From Antechinus flavipes (Eukaryota), in the NCBI RefSeq assembly GCF_016432865.1, contig NC_067398.1:427924001-427988000 (forward strand): a stretch of DNA of 64,000 bases, in the 5' to 3' direction. This document shows, piece by piece, positions 24,627 to 36,499 of the stretch. The notes below the pieces were generated by a model. That model did no database searches, was not told where the DNA came from, and saw nothing but the letters and a program-made list of their open reading frames with translations. Each line of letters begins with the position of its first letter. Position 1 is the stretch's first letter. Made by a program: the position numbers and the translations under genes.

Positions 24627-25169
24627 CTAGAATGTAAGCAGAGTTTTATCCTAGGAGATCTTAATCAAGGTTTCATAAGAAGATCATTAATATTAGACAT
24701 TGATACATAATACAGCTAAGTCCCAATGAATCCCAGGAAGTGGTTATATTATTTGAATTCACATTATTTAAAATTATAATTTATGTAAAATGTGGTCATT
24801 GGTTCCACCCCAATGGAAATATGCAGTGCAAATTCAAATAATGCAACCATTTTATGGGATTCAGTATTCATACTAATAAGGGCGTAGCTGTATTGAATAG
24901 AACAAGAAGCTATCTTTTAAAAGCACATAGAAAAAATACATCGATGTCATGAGACTCTGACTCACTCTGCTAGTCCACATGTACACTAGCAAGTCAGGTT
25001 CCCAAACAGAGGTTCACTAGATATCCCCATCAGGATTCTAGAGCTACACCTGAGAGATGGAGGTATTTATTGGTGCTGACACCACTGGCTCAAGCCCCTA
25101 TTCTGGTGTAATCTCCCCAATATCTGTCATCATTAGTGCCCGATATGATTTAACTAATTAGTATAAAAT

Positions 25170-25322
25170 TGAATTTTTTGTTTTATTTTTATGTGAAGGT
25201 AATCAGGGTTAAATGACTTACACAGAGTCACACAGCTAGAAGTATCTGAAGTTAAATTTGAATTCAAGTTCTTCTAACTTTAGAACTAGTGCTCTATCTA
25301 CTGTACCACCTAACTGCCCTGG
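25170..25322 (-). mobile_element. WSINE1/MAR1-type CORE-SINE
   Basis: T-rich tail, then cagggttaaatgactt...gtcacacagctag...gctctatctactgtaccacctaactgccc. Confidence 0.8.
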
Positions 25323-25639
25323 CTTAAAAAAAAAAAAAAAAAGCTTTTACAAAAGGATATTTAATGAGAAAACACATTAAAAACAGAAGTATAAATATTA
25401 TCCTTCCTGCCCCAAAAACCTGAGAGCTATTCCCTATATCACACCTTGGTCCCTAGGGAAAGAGGTTCAAATATAAATAATTTCTAAAACTCATATGCTC
25501 CACCAAGTTCACATCTAAAAAAGAACTCATAGATAAATCTCTTCCTTTGGGGCTTGGCATCTTAGCTATAAGGTCATTCCAAAGCTGTACTAGATCCGGT
25601 TAGTCTTTGGGTCTATGCTACAAGACTGCCAACTCTAAC

Positions 25640-26465
25640 CTGGACTCTAGTAGATCATTCTCCTGAACTCTCAGCTAACAAGACTCTGCCTTGATTGCCC
25701 AAACTAATGCCTTTTCCCCAAATCTCATTTTTCTTTACCTATTGCAGCTTTTGACATTGTGGATCACCTATTCTTGATACTCTCTTCTCTTTAGGTTTTC
25801 ATGACACTGCTCTTTTCTAGTTGTCCTACCTATCTCACCATTCCTTAGTCTCCTTTGTTAGATCTTCCTACAGATCAAATCCACCATCATGAATGTCTCC
25901 TAAGGCTATAACCTGGACTGCCTTTTCTTTCTACTAAATTGCTTAGGGATCTCATCAGCTCCTACAGAGTCAATGATTATTTCCAAGATGATTCACAAAT
26001 GTCCTTATCCTTGTTATTTAATAACTCAAATTAAAAATTCTCTTCTGATGTCCAAACTTGCATCTTCAACTGTCTTATCGTTAAGATTAGACAATAAAAT
26101 TCTGTGATTCAGTGACACTGGCCTACTTGCTGTTCTTTGAACTCAATCCTCTGTCTTCCAATCCTGCACATTTTTCTCTCCCTCCTCATCTTTGTTTCCT
26201 GGCTTCCTTCAAGTCTCAGATAAAACTTAACCTTCTGTAAGAAATCTTTTTCTGTCCCTCTTAATGAAAATGGCCAGTTCTCTTGTGATTATCTCCAATT
26301 TACCCTGCATATTTTTATTCATATTTGAATGTTGCTGTTTACATGCCATGTCTACCATTAAAAATGTTAGTTCTTTCAAGGCAGGAGCTGTGTTTGCCTT
26401 TTTTATCCTTTAACCTTGTTCCTGTCACATAATAAGAGCTTAATAATGCTTGTTGACTGATTGAT
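25640..26465 (+). mobile_element. L2 relic
   Basis: cagcttttgacattgtggatcacct...ctcttctctttaggttttcatgacac...ggcttccttcaagtctcag...gagcttaataatgcttgttgactgattga. Confidence 0.85.
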
Positions 26466-26520
26466 TTCACCCAAGAGGAAGAAATAATAGATGCCAGAGA
26501 GACAGAAGCAACAGAAATAC

Positions 26521-26610
26521 CATGAGTTCATGGTCATGAGTGATCCACATGGGGGAATGATATCTTGTTTTTCCTCCATCTAGACATTTGTAGCAGCCCT
26601 TTCCTTCTTG
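26521..26610 (-). CDS. Candidate internal exon, 90 nt (QEGKGCYKCLDGGKTRYHSPMWITHDHELM)
   Basis: Pyrimidine tract ttttctcttttctgcctggctgtgtttgag| (uncommon GAG acceptor), donor ATG|gtattt, phase 0-0; same frame as ORF 26467..26652. Confidence 0.3.
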
Positions 26611-27615
26611 CTCAAACACAGCCAGGCAGAAAAGAGAAAATGCCTTGGGCAATTAGGAATTTTAAATACATTCTCCATTTTAGTTCAGTAGCCAATGGAA
26701 AGGCACCTCTTCTGCATGGGGGAAGCAGGCTAGATATAATACCTTCCTATGTTCTGAAGTCCAAATGAGGATTGCATAAGCAGAGTATGCTGGTGATGTT
26801 CATAAAGACTAGCTTCATCAGGCTGTCCTATGCCCATGTTACATCCATAACATAATCATAACAAATAAAAATAGAAAATCGATACATGAAAGCCAAGTAT
26901 TTAGTGAATTGTCATCACATTTAATTAAAGTTAGTTAAATAATGTATTTCAAACTGTACTCTTTTTTTTGTCATACTATTTAAAGGAAATGGAAAAGGGA
27001 GGTTTGTCATGGCTACTGATCCACTAATATATAGAAGTTTTACAAGTGAATTTTTTTTTCTTCTAAGACAATCAAAGTTGGATGATTAGTAGAATTTATT
27101 CTATTCTTCAGATCTTTGGCTCCTAGAAGTATAAAGATGGAAAGATTCAGAGCAGGGAGGTAAATGCTATACCATGAATGAGCTCAGGGCTTTCAGATAA
27201 CTCAGACTATCCATCTTCCCAAGGGTGGTTATGTTCTGAAGTGTGGCATGAAAATTACTGATGTACAGAGGTCACTTGGTACTTGAGGCAGCAAAGTTAT
27301 TTATTCAAGGACTTCAGAAAAATAAATCGGTATCCACAAAATTGTTTTTACCAAGTGAGTTCTGCTAAAAGGCAGTTTTCTTTCTGTAGTATAGACTGAG
27401 AAATTAAGGCTGTATCCTCAGGGTAATATAAGCTCTATCAAGAGAGAAACAAAAATAAAAACAAAAAATTCTCACATTTCTAATAGATTAAAAGTCTATT
27501 TCTAAAAGTCCCATGATCAGATCCACTACCAAGAAAACCATCCAGGCTCCCACTCACAATCTCACTTTGATCCTGTCCTTTGTCCCCAACGTCTTCCTAG
27601 CCTTGGATCACATAC

Positions 27616-27754
27616 CCTAAAGTGTTCCAGTTTGGCGGGGAGAGACATTAAGCATCTGGCTGTTCTCCTCACTCCCAGGGAGCAGGCTTTCTCTCTCCTT
27701 ATCATCCTGCACAGGGGTTTCTCCATAGGAGGGTTGCTGCTATCTACTCTACAC
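27616..27754 (-). CDS. Candidate internal exon, 139 nt (CRVDSSNPP...AKLEHFR)
   Basis: Strong acceptor ttctccatccctgcag|G and donor AGG|gtatgt. Only one frame is open end to end (phase 2 to 0). GC-richer than flanks; frame of ORF 27562..27780. Confidence 0.5.
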
Positions 27755-28219
27755 CTGCAGGGATGGAGAATTGGTCTCATTTGCTGGAGTTTTATATAAA
27801 AGCTGAGGTGTCAAATGATGCACTGAAAAGCACAACATTTTTATGAATAAGAATTTGCTAATTTGAAGTCACTGGAAATGAAAAGCAATCTTCTGTGCCT
27901 ATTGATGCCTGCAATATAACAGCTGGACTCTTGGAGGGGGGAATGAAAACCAACTTGAAGCTCTATAATTTGTCCACAAAGACAATTACTCTCTAGTCTC
28001 ACTGGCCTCAGTAGCATTTTCTTTTCTCCAGTTAGTTTCTTACCTGTGTAGATGCTTCTAAATTAAAAACACTTCGCTAAACTGCATAGATACTCCCTTC
28101 CTAATGCATAGAAAGATCACATGTTTTATATTATACCGTGAGCCAAGAGAGCAGCACTTATTTCCAGGGAACAGCTCACAAGAATAATGTCCAGTCTTTC
28201 TTCCCTCATCATCCATCAC

Positions 28220-28398
28220 CTAGATGTCTTCATAGTCAACACTAATCTCAAACACAGCCTCCTCAGAGTCAGAGTTAGCCTTTCTAGCTGTTTATATCCT
28301 TTAGGAGTGATTTGAAAGTGAACTCCCAAGGAAGACTTGTAGTAAAAGTCATGTGAACTGAGACACTGGCTGGGGGAGTAGTAAAGAACTTTCAACTC
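28220..28398 (-). CDS. Candidate internal exon, 179 nt (ELKVLYYSPSQ...TMKTSR)
   Basis: Acceptor ctattgttgctaccag|G and donor AG|gtgatg. Open in phase 0 to 2, matching the next exon; frame of ORF 28216..28443. Confidence 0.45.
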
Positions 28399-29089
28399 CT
28401 GGTAGCAACAATAGCTATGACTTTGTACAAGTCTGCTGAGCACCTTCAGGCTTTCACTTTCTCCACTTTAAAATGAGATGGATTACACACAAGAAATCAA
28501 GGTACTTTTCTATAGTTTTTTAAAAGACTCTAATAATTGTACTTCAATACACAGTGGTACCTCAGTAGTCTTCATTAATTGATTCCAGAAGGCAGGACAA
28601 GGAGTACCAAATGAATATTTCCCATAAGGAATATATCTTCAGTCTGCAGCCTACCCATCCCTCCCCACCCAATTCCCCAAAGGGTTAAGTGGGACTTCTG
28701 CCTGAGCTCCTGTTGCTTGCATCACACTACTGTTCCTGCTCCTGCTGCTTCTCCTCCTGCTGAGCCTGCCAGCCACTCCATGCTGCCCCCTCCCCCCAAT
28801 ACTACTGTTTTGGGATCCAGAAGACTACATACTGCAGATGTTTCATCCAGCTCCCCTCCAGCCCAAAACCTCCCTCAACATGCAAAATCTCAGCATCTCG
28901 GGCTACAGCCTGACAGTCCTGTTCACTACTGCCTTGGGTGGGGAGGAGCTGTCCATGGCAGCTGGAGCTGGGCAATATGCCTGGCCAACCTCACATCCCT
29001 ACTGCTCAATCAAGACAGCAACCAAGCAGGAGGAGTGCCAAGCAAGCCTCGAGTGCTGAAATGTTTCTTTTTCCTCAAAAGGTGTCAAA

Positions 29090-29285
29090 TACCAATTCAA
29101 TGAATTTCAAAACAGTTGAGTGCTGGGGTACTGCTGTCATTGGCTTCCTTATCCTACATATTTTATGTATTTATAAACATGATTCTGAGAAAAAAAAATG
29201 AGTACCACAGAGATAGCGGCAACAGAAGCCTCATGAGGCTTTACAAAGGGGTCTTTGAAAGAAAAGGTTAAGCATCCCAGCACTA
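29090..29285. mobile_element. MdoRep1-like short marsupial repeat
   Basis: tattttatgtatttataaacatgattctgagaa...aaaggggtctttga...aaaggttaagcatccc. Related copies at 50020-50200 and 62455-62575. Confidence 0.55.
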
Positions 29286-29319
29286 AATAATAATGATGAT
29301 GATAACTAGCTTTTATTAG

Positions 29320-29850
29320 TAGCTGAGGCAGCCAAGTGGTACAATGGGCAATTGGAGTCAGAAAAATCTGAGTTCAAATCCCACCTAAGACAGTACCAGT
29401 GTGACTCTAGACATATCATATAACCTATCTCATGCTCAGTTTCTTTTTGTATAAAAGGAAGACAATAATGCTATTTATGCCCTTGTATTTTTATAAGAAT
29501 TGAATGACATGCATATAAGGAGTTGCAAGCCTTAAAGTATTATATAAATATTAGTTTACATTATTAATATGTTACTGATAATCTCTTAATAGAGCATAAA
29601 ATATTAGTAACAATTGGTATTATTTTAAGGGTTATAAAACACATAGGATATATTCTCATTTGCTTCTCACAACAATTTTGTGGGGTCGATGCTTTATTCT
29701 TCCAATTTTATAAATGAGGAGACATGCTAAAAGAGGTCACATGACCCTTACCTGTGGTCAACTACTAGTAAGTAGCTAAGACAGAATTCAAATTCAGGTC
29801 TTCCTGACTCCAAGGCCAGCATTCTAACTCCTGTTCCATACTGTCTAGCT
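29320..29850. mobile_element. Two MIRs in inverted orientation
   Basis: + copy 29325-29560 (ggagtcagaaaaatctgagttcaaatccc); - copy 29630-29850 (gaattcaaattcaggtcttcctgactccaagg). Confidence 0.75.
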
Positions 29851-30239
29851 GCCTAAAGATGATTTCTCAGGGTAGATGATTTCTTCAATATCCCTTACAA
29901 CTTCAATATTATTTGATTCTGCAAGATTTCTTAAAGTATAGACCCCAAAGAATACAACGTGAAATGAGAACATGAAGCAGCCAAGAATTTTGCTGACATT
30001 GCTGTGGAAACACTCAAAAGTTGATTCAGATATCTATAAGTGTTATCAGTTTGGCTGCTGTGCTCATTATAGTGATTTTTGCATTAGTCATTCCTTAAGG
30101 ATCAAGGCCAGGGGGAAAAAAAAGAAATGAATAGGAGAAGTGGAGAGAGCACTTTTTTTTTTCAGGGATCAGGCTTGCCAACTCTGCCCCTAATTAGTTA
30201 TGTGACCTTGGGTAAGTTAAAACAACTACTCAGGGCCTC

Positions 30240-30550
30240 TTTCATTCAATAAGTCAATAAGCATTTATTAGTTAGGCACCTACTATGTGTCAAGATATAA
30301 AAAGAGGGAAAAGATAGCCCTTGCCTTCAAGGAACTCATATACAAATAGATATAAGACAAAAAACAAATAAATAAGCTACATATAGAAAAAATAGAAAAT
30401 AATTAAAAAGGATAGCACAAGAATTTAGAGTGGTTGGGAAAGGTTTCCTGTAGAAAACAGGATTTTAATTGGTGCTTAAAGGAAGCCAGAAGGTCAACAG
30501 GTAAAAATGAGGATGAAAAAGTTTTCCAGGAGGGGAAACAGCCAGTGAAA
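30240..30550 (-). mobile_element. L2 relic inserted in MIR
   Basis: caataagcatttattagttaggcacctactatgtgtcaag...cccttgccttcaaggaactca...ttgggaaaggtttcctgtagaa. Confidence 0.8.
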
Positions 30551-31545
30551 ATATCCCTTTTCCTCACCTTTGAAATGAAAAGGTTGGCCTAGCTAAAACT
30601 TTAGCTCTTGTCCAGCTATAAAATTCCTTGATCCCAAACCATCATTCTATAGAGTGTATCCCACATTAATACTAGACAGACTTTGATGGCTTTAAATCAT
30701 CTAGGACAAATATGACATGTATTTGTATGTCTTTTTGGTGTCAGAACACAGCATCAGTAGAAAGATTGTATTCTTAGAGCCGAGAAGACTTGAGTTCAAA
30801 TGCTACCTCTGACACTTAAGAACTACTGACTCTTGGCAAATAGTCTCTTTTTTTTAATTTCTTCACTTTTAAAATGGGATTAATATCTATAATCTTGAAT
30901 AGGTCCATTTTTAAGGAAGGAAGGAAACATATTTAGTAAATGTCAGGCACTCTGCTAAGCATTTTGCAAGTATAATTTCATTGGATCCTCACAACAATCC
31001 TGGGAATTAGGTATTATTACCATCCCCATTTTATAGTTGAGGAAACTAAGGCATAAAGAAATTGAATGCAAGTATCTAGGGTCAATTTTGAGTTCTGATT
31101 CCAGGCTCATACTCTATTAACAACTGGGACCTAAAAGCCTATTTACCTACAAGTTGCTCTTTATCCTAGACCCATTAGAATGTAAGCTCCTTGAGGCCAA
31201 GAACTGTTTTCCTTTTAAGCTGAATTCCAAACTGTATGGGAGGTGACAAATAATCATTATTTAATAATTAATAAATGCTTATTGGTTGATGGATTAAAAG
31301 AACCTCCTTCACAAGATTATTTCTAGATTACATGAGTTTTTTAAAAATCTAGAGCTCTTTGCTAACTTTAAAGTGGTATAGAAATGTCAGCTATCATCAT
31401 AATTTCCATTTTCAATGGTTGATTAGAAGAAAGTGAGAATGTGTCATCAAGAGCAATTGCTCTCAGCTCTTCACTTCCCCTCTGAAAATTGTAGAAAAGA
31501 AGGATGTCCACATTTCTCTTCTTGGGTTCCATCCCAGGGAATCAC

Positions 31546-31607
31546 CCATAAGTGGCCATCAAATATAAATATTGCAGGGATGCCTCTTTTACCCACTGAG
31601 TACCAAT
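31546..31607 (-). CDS. Candidate internal exon, 62 nt (WYSVGKRGIPAIFIFDGHLW)
   Basis: Weak acceptor atgcag|AT, donor TGG|gtgatt; phase 1 to 0, joins the 28398 exon in frame; frame of ORF 31471..31701. Confidence 0.3.
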
Positions 31608-33399
31608 CTGCATGACTAAAGCATTTTAAAGTTATTTTATCCTGATAGTTATTAGAGAGGTATTGCCATTCACAATTATTAATCTTTATGGGAATCCCCA
31701 TAAAAAATTATTTGGTAATCTAATCAAAAGGCTTGCTATTAAATAGTGCCAGAAAATAGCCCTATGATTAAATAGTCCCAAAGGCTAATAATCATTCTTC
31801 CTAGTATAGGCTGGAGTCATACTAATGGGGAGCTGATACACCCCTCCCCCTACCCCACCATGGTATTAATATCCTGGGAGTGAATAAAGGACATCAATCC
31901 CTTCAGGTGCCTTCTTCCAAAGTTGGCACTTTTCCTGCTTTTGAATGAATTTTGTACTTAATCAGGCAAAGGACAGCCCGCATTAGCCAGAGACAGGCAG
32001 AATGTGTTCAGGTGCTGTGAAAGAATCCCAATATAGCTCCCTAAAGCACTTCTGACCTCATCTTCAACTTCAAGGTTACACCAAAACAAAGTTGTTTCTG
32101 AAGCCAAGGTGATAAATTGTGGCAAATGGCCCAGTAGGTTTTTGATATCACCATCAGCCCAGCCTCAGACCAACCTAGAGAAACATGGGACTGGGGCAAG
32201 CTATGTCCAAAGTATTCAGCTTAATCATGAGATAAAACACCCAACAGAGGACAAAAGTTTTATTTGCAGAAGCCTAGGAGGGCATCACCAGCCTAAAATT
32301 TATATGAACAAATAAAATGTTCTCCTCAGTTGACAACCAACAGAACATAATGAAAAAGGAGACCAGCCTAGGCTGCAGATAATCCAACCTGAACTCTGCA
32401 GTGGGGCCTTGGAATTCACTTAAACCTTGCTGTACTTCAGTATTTTCATTTATAAAATGGAGTTCATTGAAACATATTTGAAACTAGCAAGCATCCTGGA
32501 TATGGTGTAAAATCATTGTTCCCTTAGCCCTCCCTAATCCCTTTGTTGTAAAGGATGACTCTCTAGCTAGGAAAAGGGGAAGAATAAATGTGAGGGGAAA
32601 GGTGATTTAAAATAAAAAATATGAGTTAAAAATTACAAAATAAAAAGGGAAATTATAAAATACTATGTGAAAATTAAGTAATACATTTTCTTTTTATCTC
32701 TTTAAAAAATATACATACTTCTGAAATCCAAACTATGTAATCCTTATTCAAATTAGGGTGTATCTAGAATTACAGATTAATGTGTTTGAGAAGAAAGAGA
32801 GGTTGAGAAAAGTTACATCAGCTGGCAAAAGAAAAGAAGAGTCTAGCACCCCTCTTTTTGCCATTTTGGCCCTCCTTCTAGAAGCATACAGTCCGCAATT
32901 CTGGAAAACCTCTGCCCTAATGGACTTTAGACTGGAAAAGACAAACTAAAGGACTTTGGACAGCTTTGTCCCATGGGCCAAAGGGGAAAAAATGTAGTAA
33001 GAAGTTCACAGTAATCAAGCACTAGAAATTAGTCTTTGTAAGCAATAAGAAGATGTTGATAGGGCTTCAACATCACTGTAGTTTCCAACGTAAAAGAAAA
33101 AAGTCAAGGAATGGAGGTGGACTGTGGATTTAAAATTAACCTGTTTGTGAATGTACTAATGTTCAAGGTTTTAAAAAAAAGCAAAGATTGATTAATTGAT
33201 TCCCTCCTCCTTGAGAAACAAGACTCAGGCATTACAAAAGTGAAATAGATTGGTGAGGAATACAAACTGCTGGATAATTAAACAAGGAGGCCAATCAATA
33301 CAGAGGATCAGAATTAGAAAGCAAAGGGCCAACTAAAGAAGGAAGTGAGAGAAGAAGCTTTAAACTCAGGCAGAGACAAACCAGCTTTTGCATTGAGGC

Positions 33400-33900
33400 A
33401 TTTAAAAGCCCAGCTTTGCTGCTGCCAGCTCCCTCTGCCCTTCCTCCCATCTGAAAAACCATCTCTGATTTTGGTATTAACCCAGGCTAAAATCGGAATT
33501 CTAGCTAAGAGCATTTCTCTTTGTAGCAAATGACAAAATGTAAAGGGCCCAATTTGTGATTACATGGTTCACTTAGGCAACAGCAATTAAGCCCTGTGTT
33601 AAGTTCATGTAGCTAAATAAAAATTACAATCGAGTTACTTATTAGCTACCTTGCACCTGCAGCCTGGATAGCTACTAGGGAGTCTGACAAGTCATATGCC
33701 CAACCAAACTGGAAGAATTTTCTTGTTCTTTGTGGTTATTTTTAAAACAGGAGGGGCTGCCATGAAACTGAATAAAGCATCTATTGTAGGAGATACCCAG
33801 AGATTACTCACAACTAATCAGATTACTCCTACCCGCCAATTAATTATTTGCCAAAACAATCAGGTTCTAATCAGCTGAGCCCAAACTAAATTTTCCCTTT
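33400..33900. promoter_or_regulatory. Repeat-free, TAAT-rich candidate conserved non-coding element
   Basis: Cluster of homeodomain cores (ctaatcag twice, caattaag, caattaattatt, gattac) plus E-boxes cacctg and cagctg. Conservation is not verifiable here. Confidence 0.3.
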
Positions 33901-34019
33901 TTGAAATGACTAGGCCTAGGTCTTTAACATTAACTCTGCCACAATCAGAAAGCTGAAAAGTAAAGAAGGTACAGAAGGGAGGTAAGGGATTCGCTTAAAA
34001 CAGATTTCCTTTTTCCAAG

Positions 34020-35067
34020 GTATTTCAATTCAATTCAGTAAATATTTATTAAGTGCCTACTAGTGCTGAGATTAAAAGAAAGAAAAAAAGAAAAACACAC
34101 CAAAAAAAAAAAAAACCACAAAAGACAGTTCATATCTTCAGGGAGTTTACAATCTAATGGAGAAGTGAATACAGAAACAAATATATACAAAGCAAGTTAT
34201 ATATAAGATAACTAGAAAATAATTAATAAAGAGAAGGCAAAGAAATTAATAATTAATCAATAGAAGGAAGACACAGGACTTGAGAAGCAAGGTTTCTTGG
34301 AGGAGACAAGATTTTCGTCAAAGAGGTCAATAAGTGGAAATGAGGATGGAGGGTATTCCAGGGATCAGGGACATCTCGATGTGAGGAGCAGAAAGATAGA
34401 ATATGTCATTCCTGAAGAGCCAGAAGGTCAGAGTCACTGAATTGAAAATTACATGTCAGGGAGGGAGGTGTAAAATGCTGGAAAAGTAAAAGGAGGCTAG
34501 GTTACAAAGTATTTTCAATGCATAGTCTTGTTTCTGGAGGCAAAAGAAAGCCACTGAAGTTTATTGAGTAGGGAGTGTAACATGTTCAAATCTGACTGAA
34601 TGTAGAATAGATTGGAGGGGAGAAATTTGAGACAGGTAGACCCACCAGCAGGTTATTGCAATAGTCCAGTAATGAGATAATGAGAGTTTATACCAGAGTG
34701 ATGACAATGTCAGTAGAGAGAAGGGGACATATTGCAGAAATGTTGCAAAGGTGAAAGCTGAAAATTGACTGGTACATGAGTTTGGGGAATGGAAAGTAGG
34801 TAGCATTTAAGAATATTGGGAAACAGACATATATTATTGAAATGTTTTAATTCCCAACTAAAATCTTACCTTCTATAAAAAGCCTTCCCCAACCCCTCTT
34901 AATTCTAGCACTTTTCCTTCTTATTTTTCTTGTATTTAGCCTGCTTTGTATTTATTTATTGGCATGTTCTCTTCCCCATCACATTGTAAATTCCTTGGAT
35001 AGGGACTATCTTTTACTTATTTTTGTATCCCTAAGCTTAGCACAGTATCTGGAATACATAATAAGTG
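34020..35067. mobile_element. L2 relics (antisense 34020-34820, sense 34850-35067)
   Basis: caattcagtaaatatttattaagtgcctact...agcaggttattgcaatagtccag; cattgtaaattccttggatagggact...gcttagcacagtatctgg. Confidence 0.85.
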
Positions 35068-35640
35068 TGTTGGAAATACACTTTTGACACTGAAAATCAG
35101 ATATCGAGAAAAAATTATTAAAGAATAATCTTAAGGAATCGTCTTAACATTTCTAAGCAGAAGCCCGCTTCACTCTTCTTCAGGGAAGAGGGAGTCTTAA
35201 GCACAAAACTGAGAGAAGCTTTATACTTGTTAGTTTGGTGCAGTCCCTCTCTTCAGAGACCAAATTAATCCATTCCCTTTTGGGTTACATCTCTGATATT
35301 TCCACTATATGTTTTCCCCAAATAAGTATAAACATGTTCCTCCTCCCTTGTCATAAATTTCATGTTTTAAAATGGCATAAAAAAAAAAAAACACCTCCTC
35401 CTATGAGTGTGTTGTTTAATATTAAATTAGCCTATTAGGCAATAGTGATTTGGTCAAGTCAGATCATTGAACCCAACTAGTTTGGGTTGGATCAGCTATT
35501 ATCTCAAGGTTATAGTTTTTTGAAAATCACAAGACTCTTTCTGATTGATTGAATCCATATGTTCCTTCCTAGTTCCCCAATTCCTTGTTTGCTCAAGGCT
35601 TGTATTGATCATTTAATTGTTCTGTGGAATCTTAACTTTT
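35068..35640. mobile_element. Solo LTR-like element inserted into an L2 tail
   Basis: Starts TGTTGG directly after the L2 tail motif (ataagtg); unique-looking internal sequence; the L2 motif appears to resume (cttaat) at about 35641. The right boundary is uncertain. Confidence 0.5.
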
Positions 35641-36499
35641 CTTAATCACGTTCTGAAAAACTCTTGGTCACTGTTATCCACTATGCTACACTTGCAATAT
35701 CATCTTTTCAGCATTTCTCATTACAAACATGTAATACATGTTTACTGATTGATTGATAGATATTAATATTTCAGCTATAGTCTGATACATTGAAAACAAA
35801 CACTTAACAGTATAAGGAGAAACGCTCCAGGATAAGAAACCCAATTCTTTCTTCACGTTATTCACCTTCAGCTTTCAATAACTCATTCTTGATCTTTCTT
35901 GTGTTTCTGTAATTTCTTGGGACAAAATCAACCTTTTCTACATTTATTTATTTTCTTATATTATTGTATTTTTAGCCTGAACTTGTTCTAGTAAATAAGA
36001 TGAACATTTCCTCATACAAAGAAAAATAGAAAAAGAACCGTACTAGAAATCGCAAATCTCTATTATATACTGCTTGCTTTTCAACAACTTGTTTATAAAC
36101 CAATAGATTTAGGCTAAGTGGGTCATTCTTATTCTTTGTCAGGAGCAAATTTTGCTTTCCCTAGCTCACCGCTTCAGGTTTTCTGACCTAAAATTCAATG
36201 CTCAAGATTTGTGACTAAGAACTTTGAGAAAAAGATGATGAATGAGTCCTGTGGGAACTATTTCTATTCTGAAAAAAAAAAGTATTCTTTGAAAACATTT
36301 CCCAAAATGAATCCTCTAAGGAACCAAGTTGGAAAGATTATTTGCATAGATGCACAAATACAGAGGACCCCCACTGAATTATTCCCCCAACTTGTACTCA
36401 TAGGATGACCTGATTACCTTCTAAGTTTCTAGAGATACATTCTGGGAGACTTTTCCTGCTACAATTACTCAAAAACATCCACTAGTACGCCTATTTATA

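Noticed and set aside
27616-27754. Resemblance of LCRMIRR...LG...SLPAKLEHF to a SOCS box
   Set aside because: Spacing differs from the LxxLCRxxIR...LPLPxxL consensus and no ankyrin, SH2 or SPRY exons were found upstream.
28220-31607. Resemblance of FDGHLWELKVLYYSP to WD40, TRAF/MATH or ETS motifs
   Set aside because: Only a few residues match each family, with incompatible spacing; not enough to name a gene.
31960-32185. Possible further upstream exon (WADGDIKNLLGHLPQFITLASETTLFW...), faintly like the M1AP N-terminus
   Set aside because: The best acceptor puts a stop in that frame, the donors are weak, and the similarity does not extend.
32810-32931. Minus-strand acceptor with open frame LKSIRAEVFQNCGLYASRRRAKMAKRG
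   Set aside because: No good donor in a phase compatible with downstream candidates.
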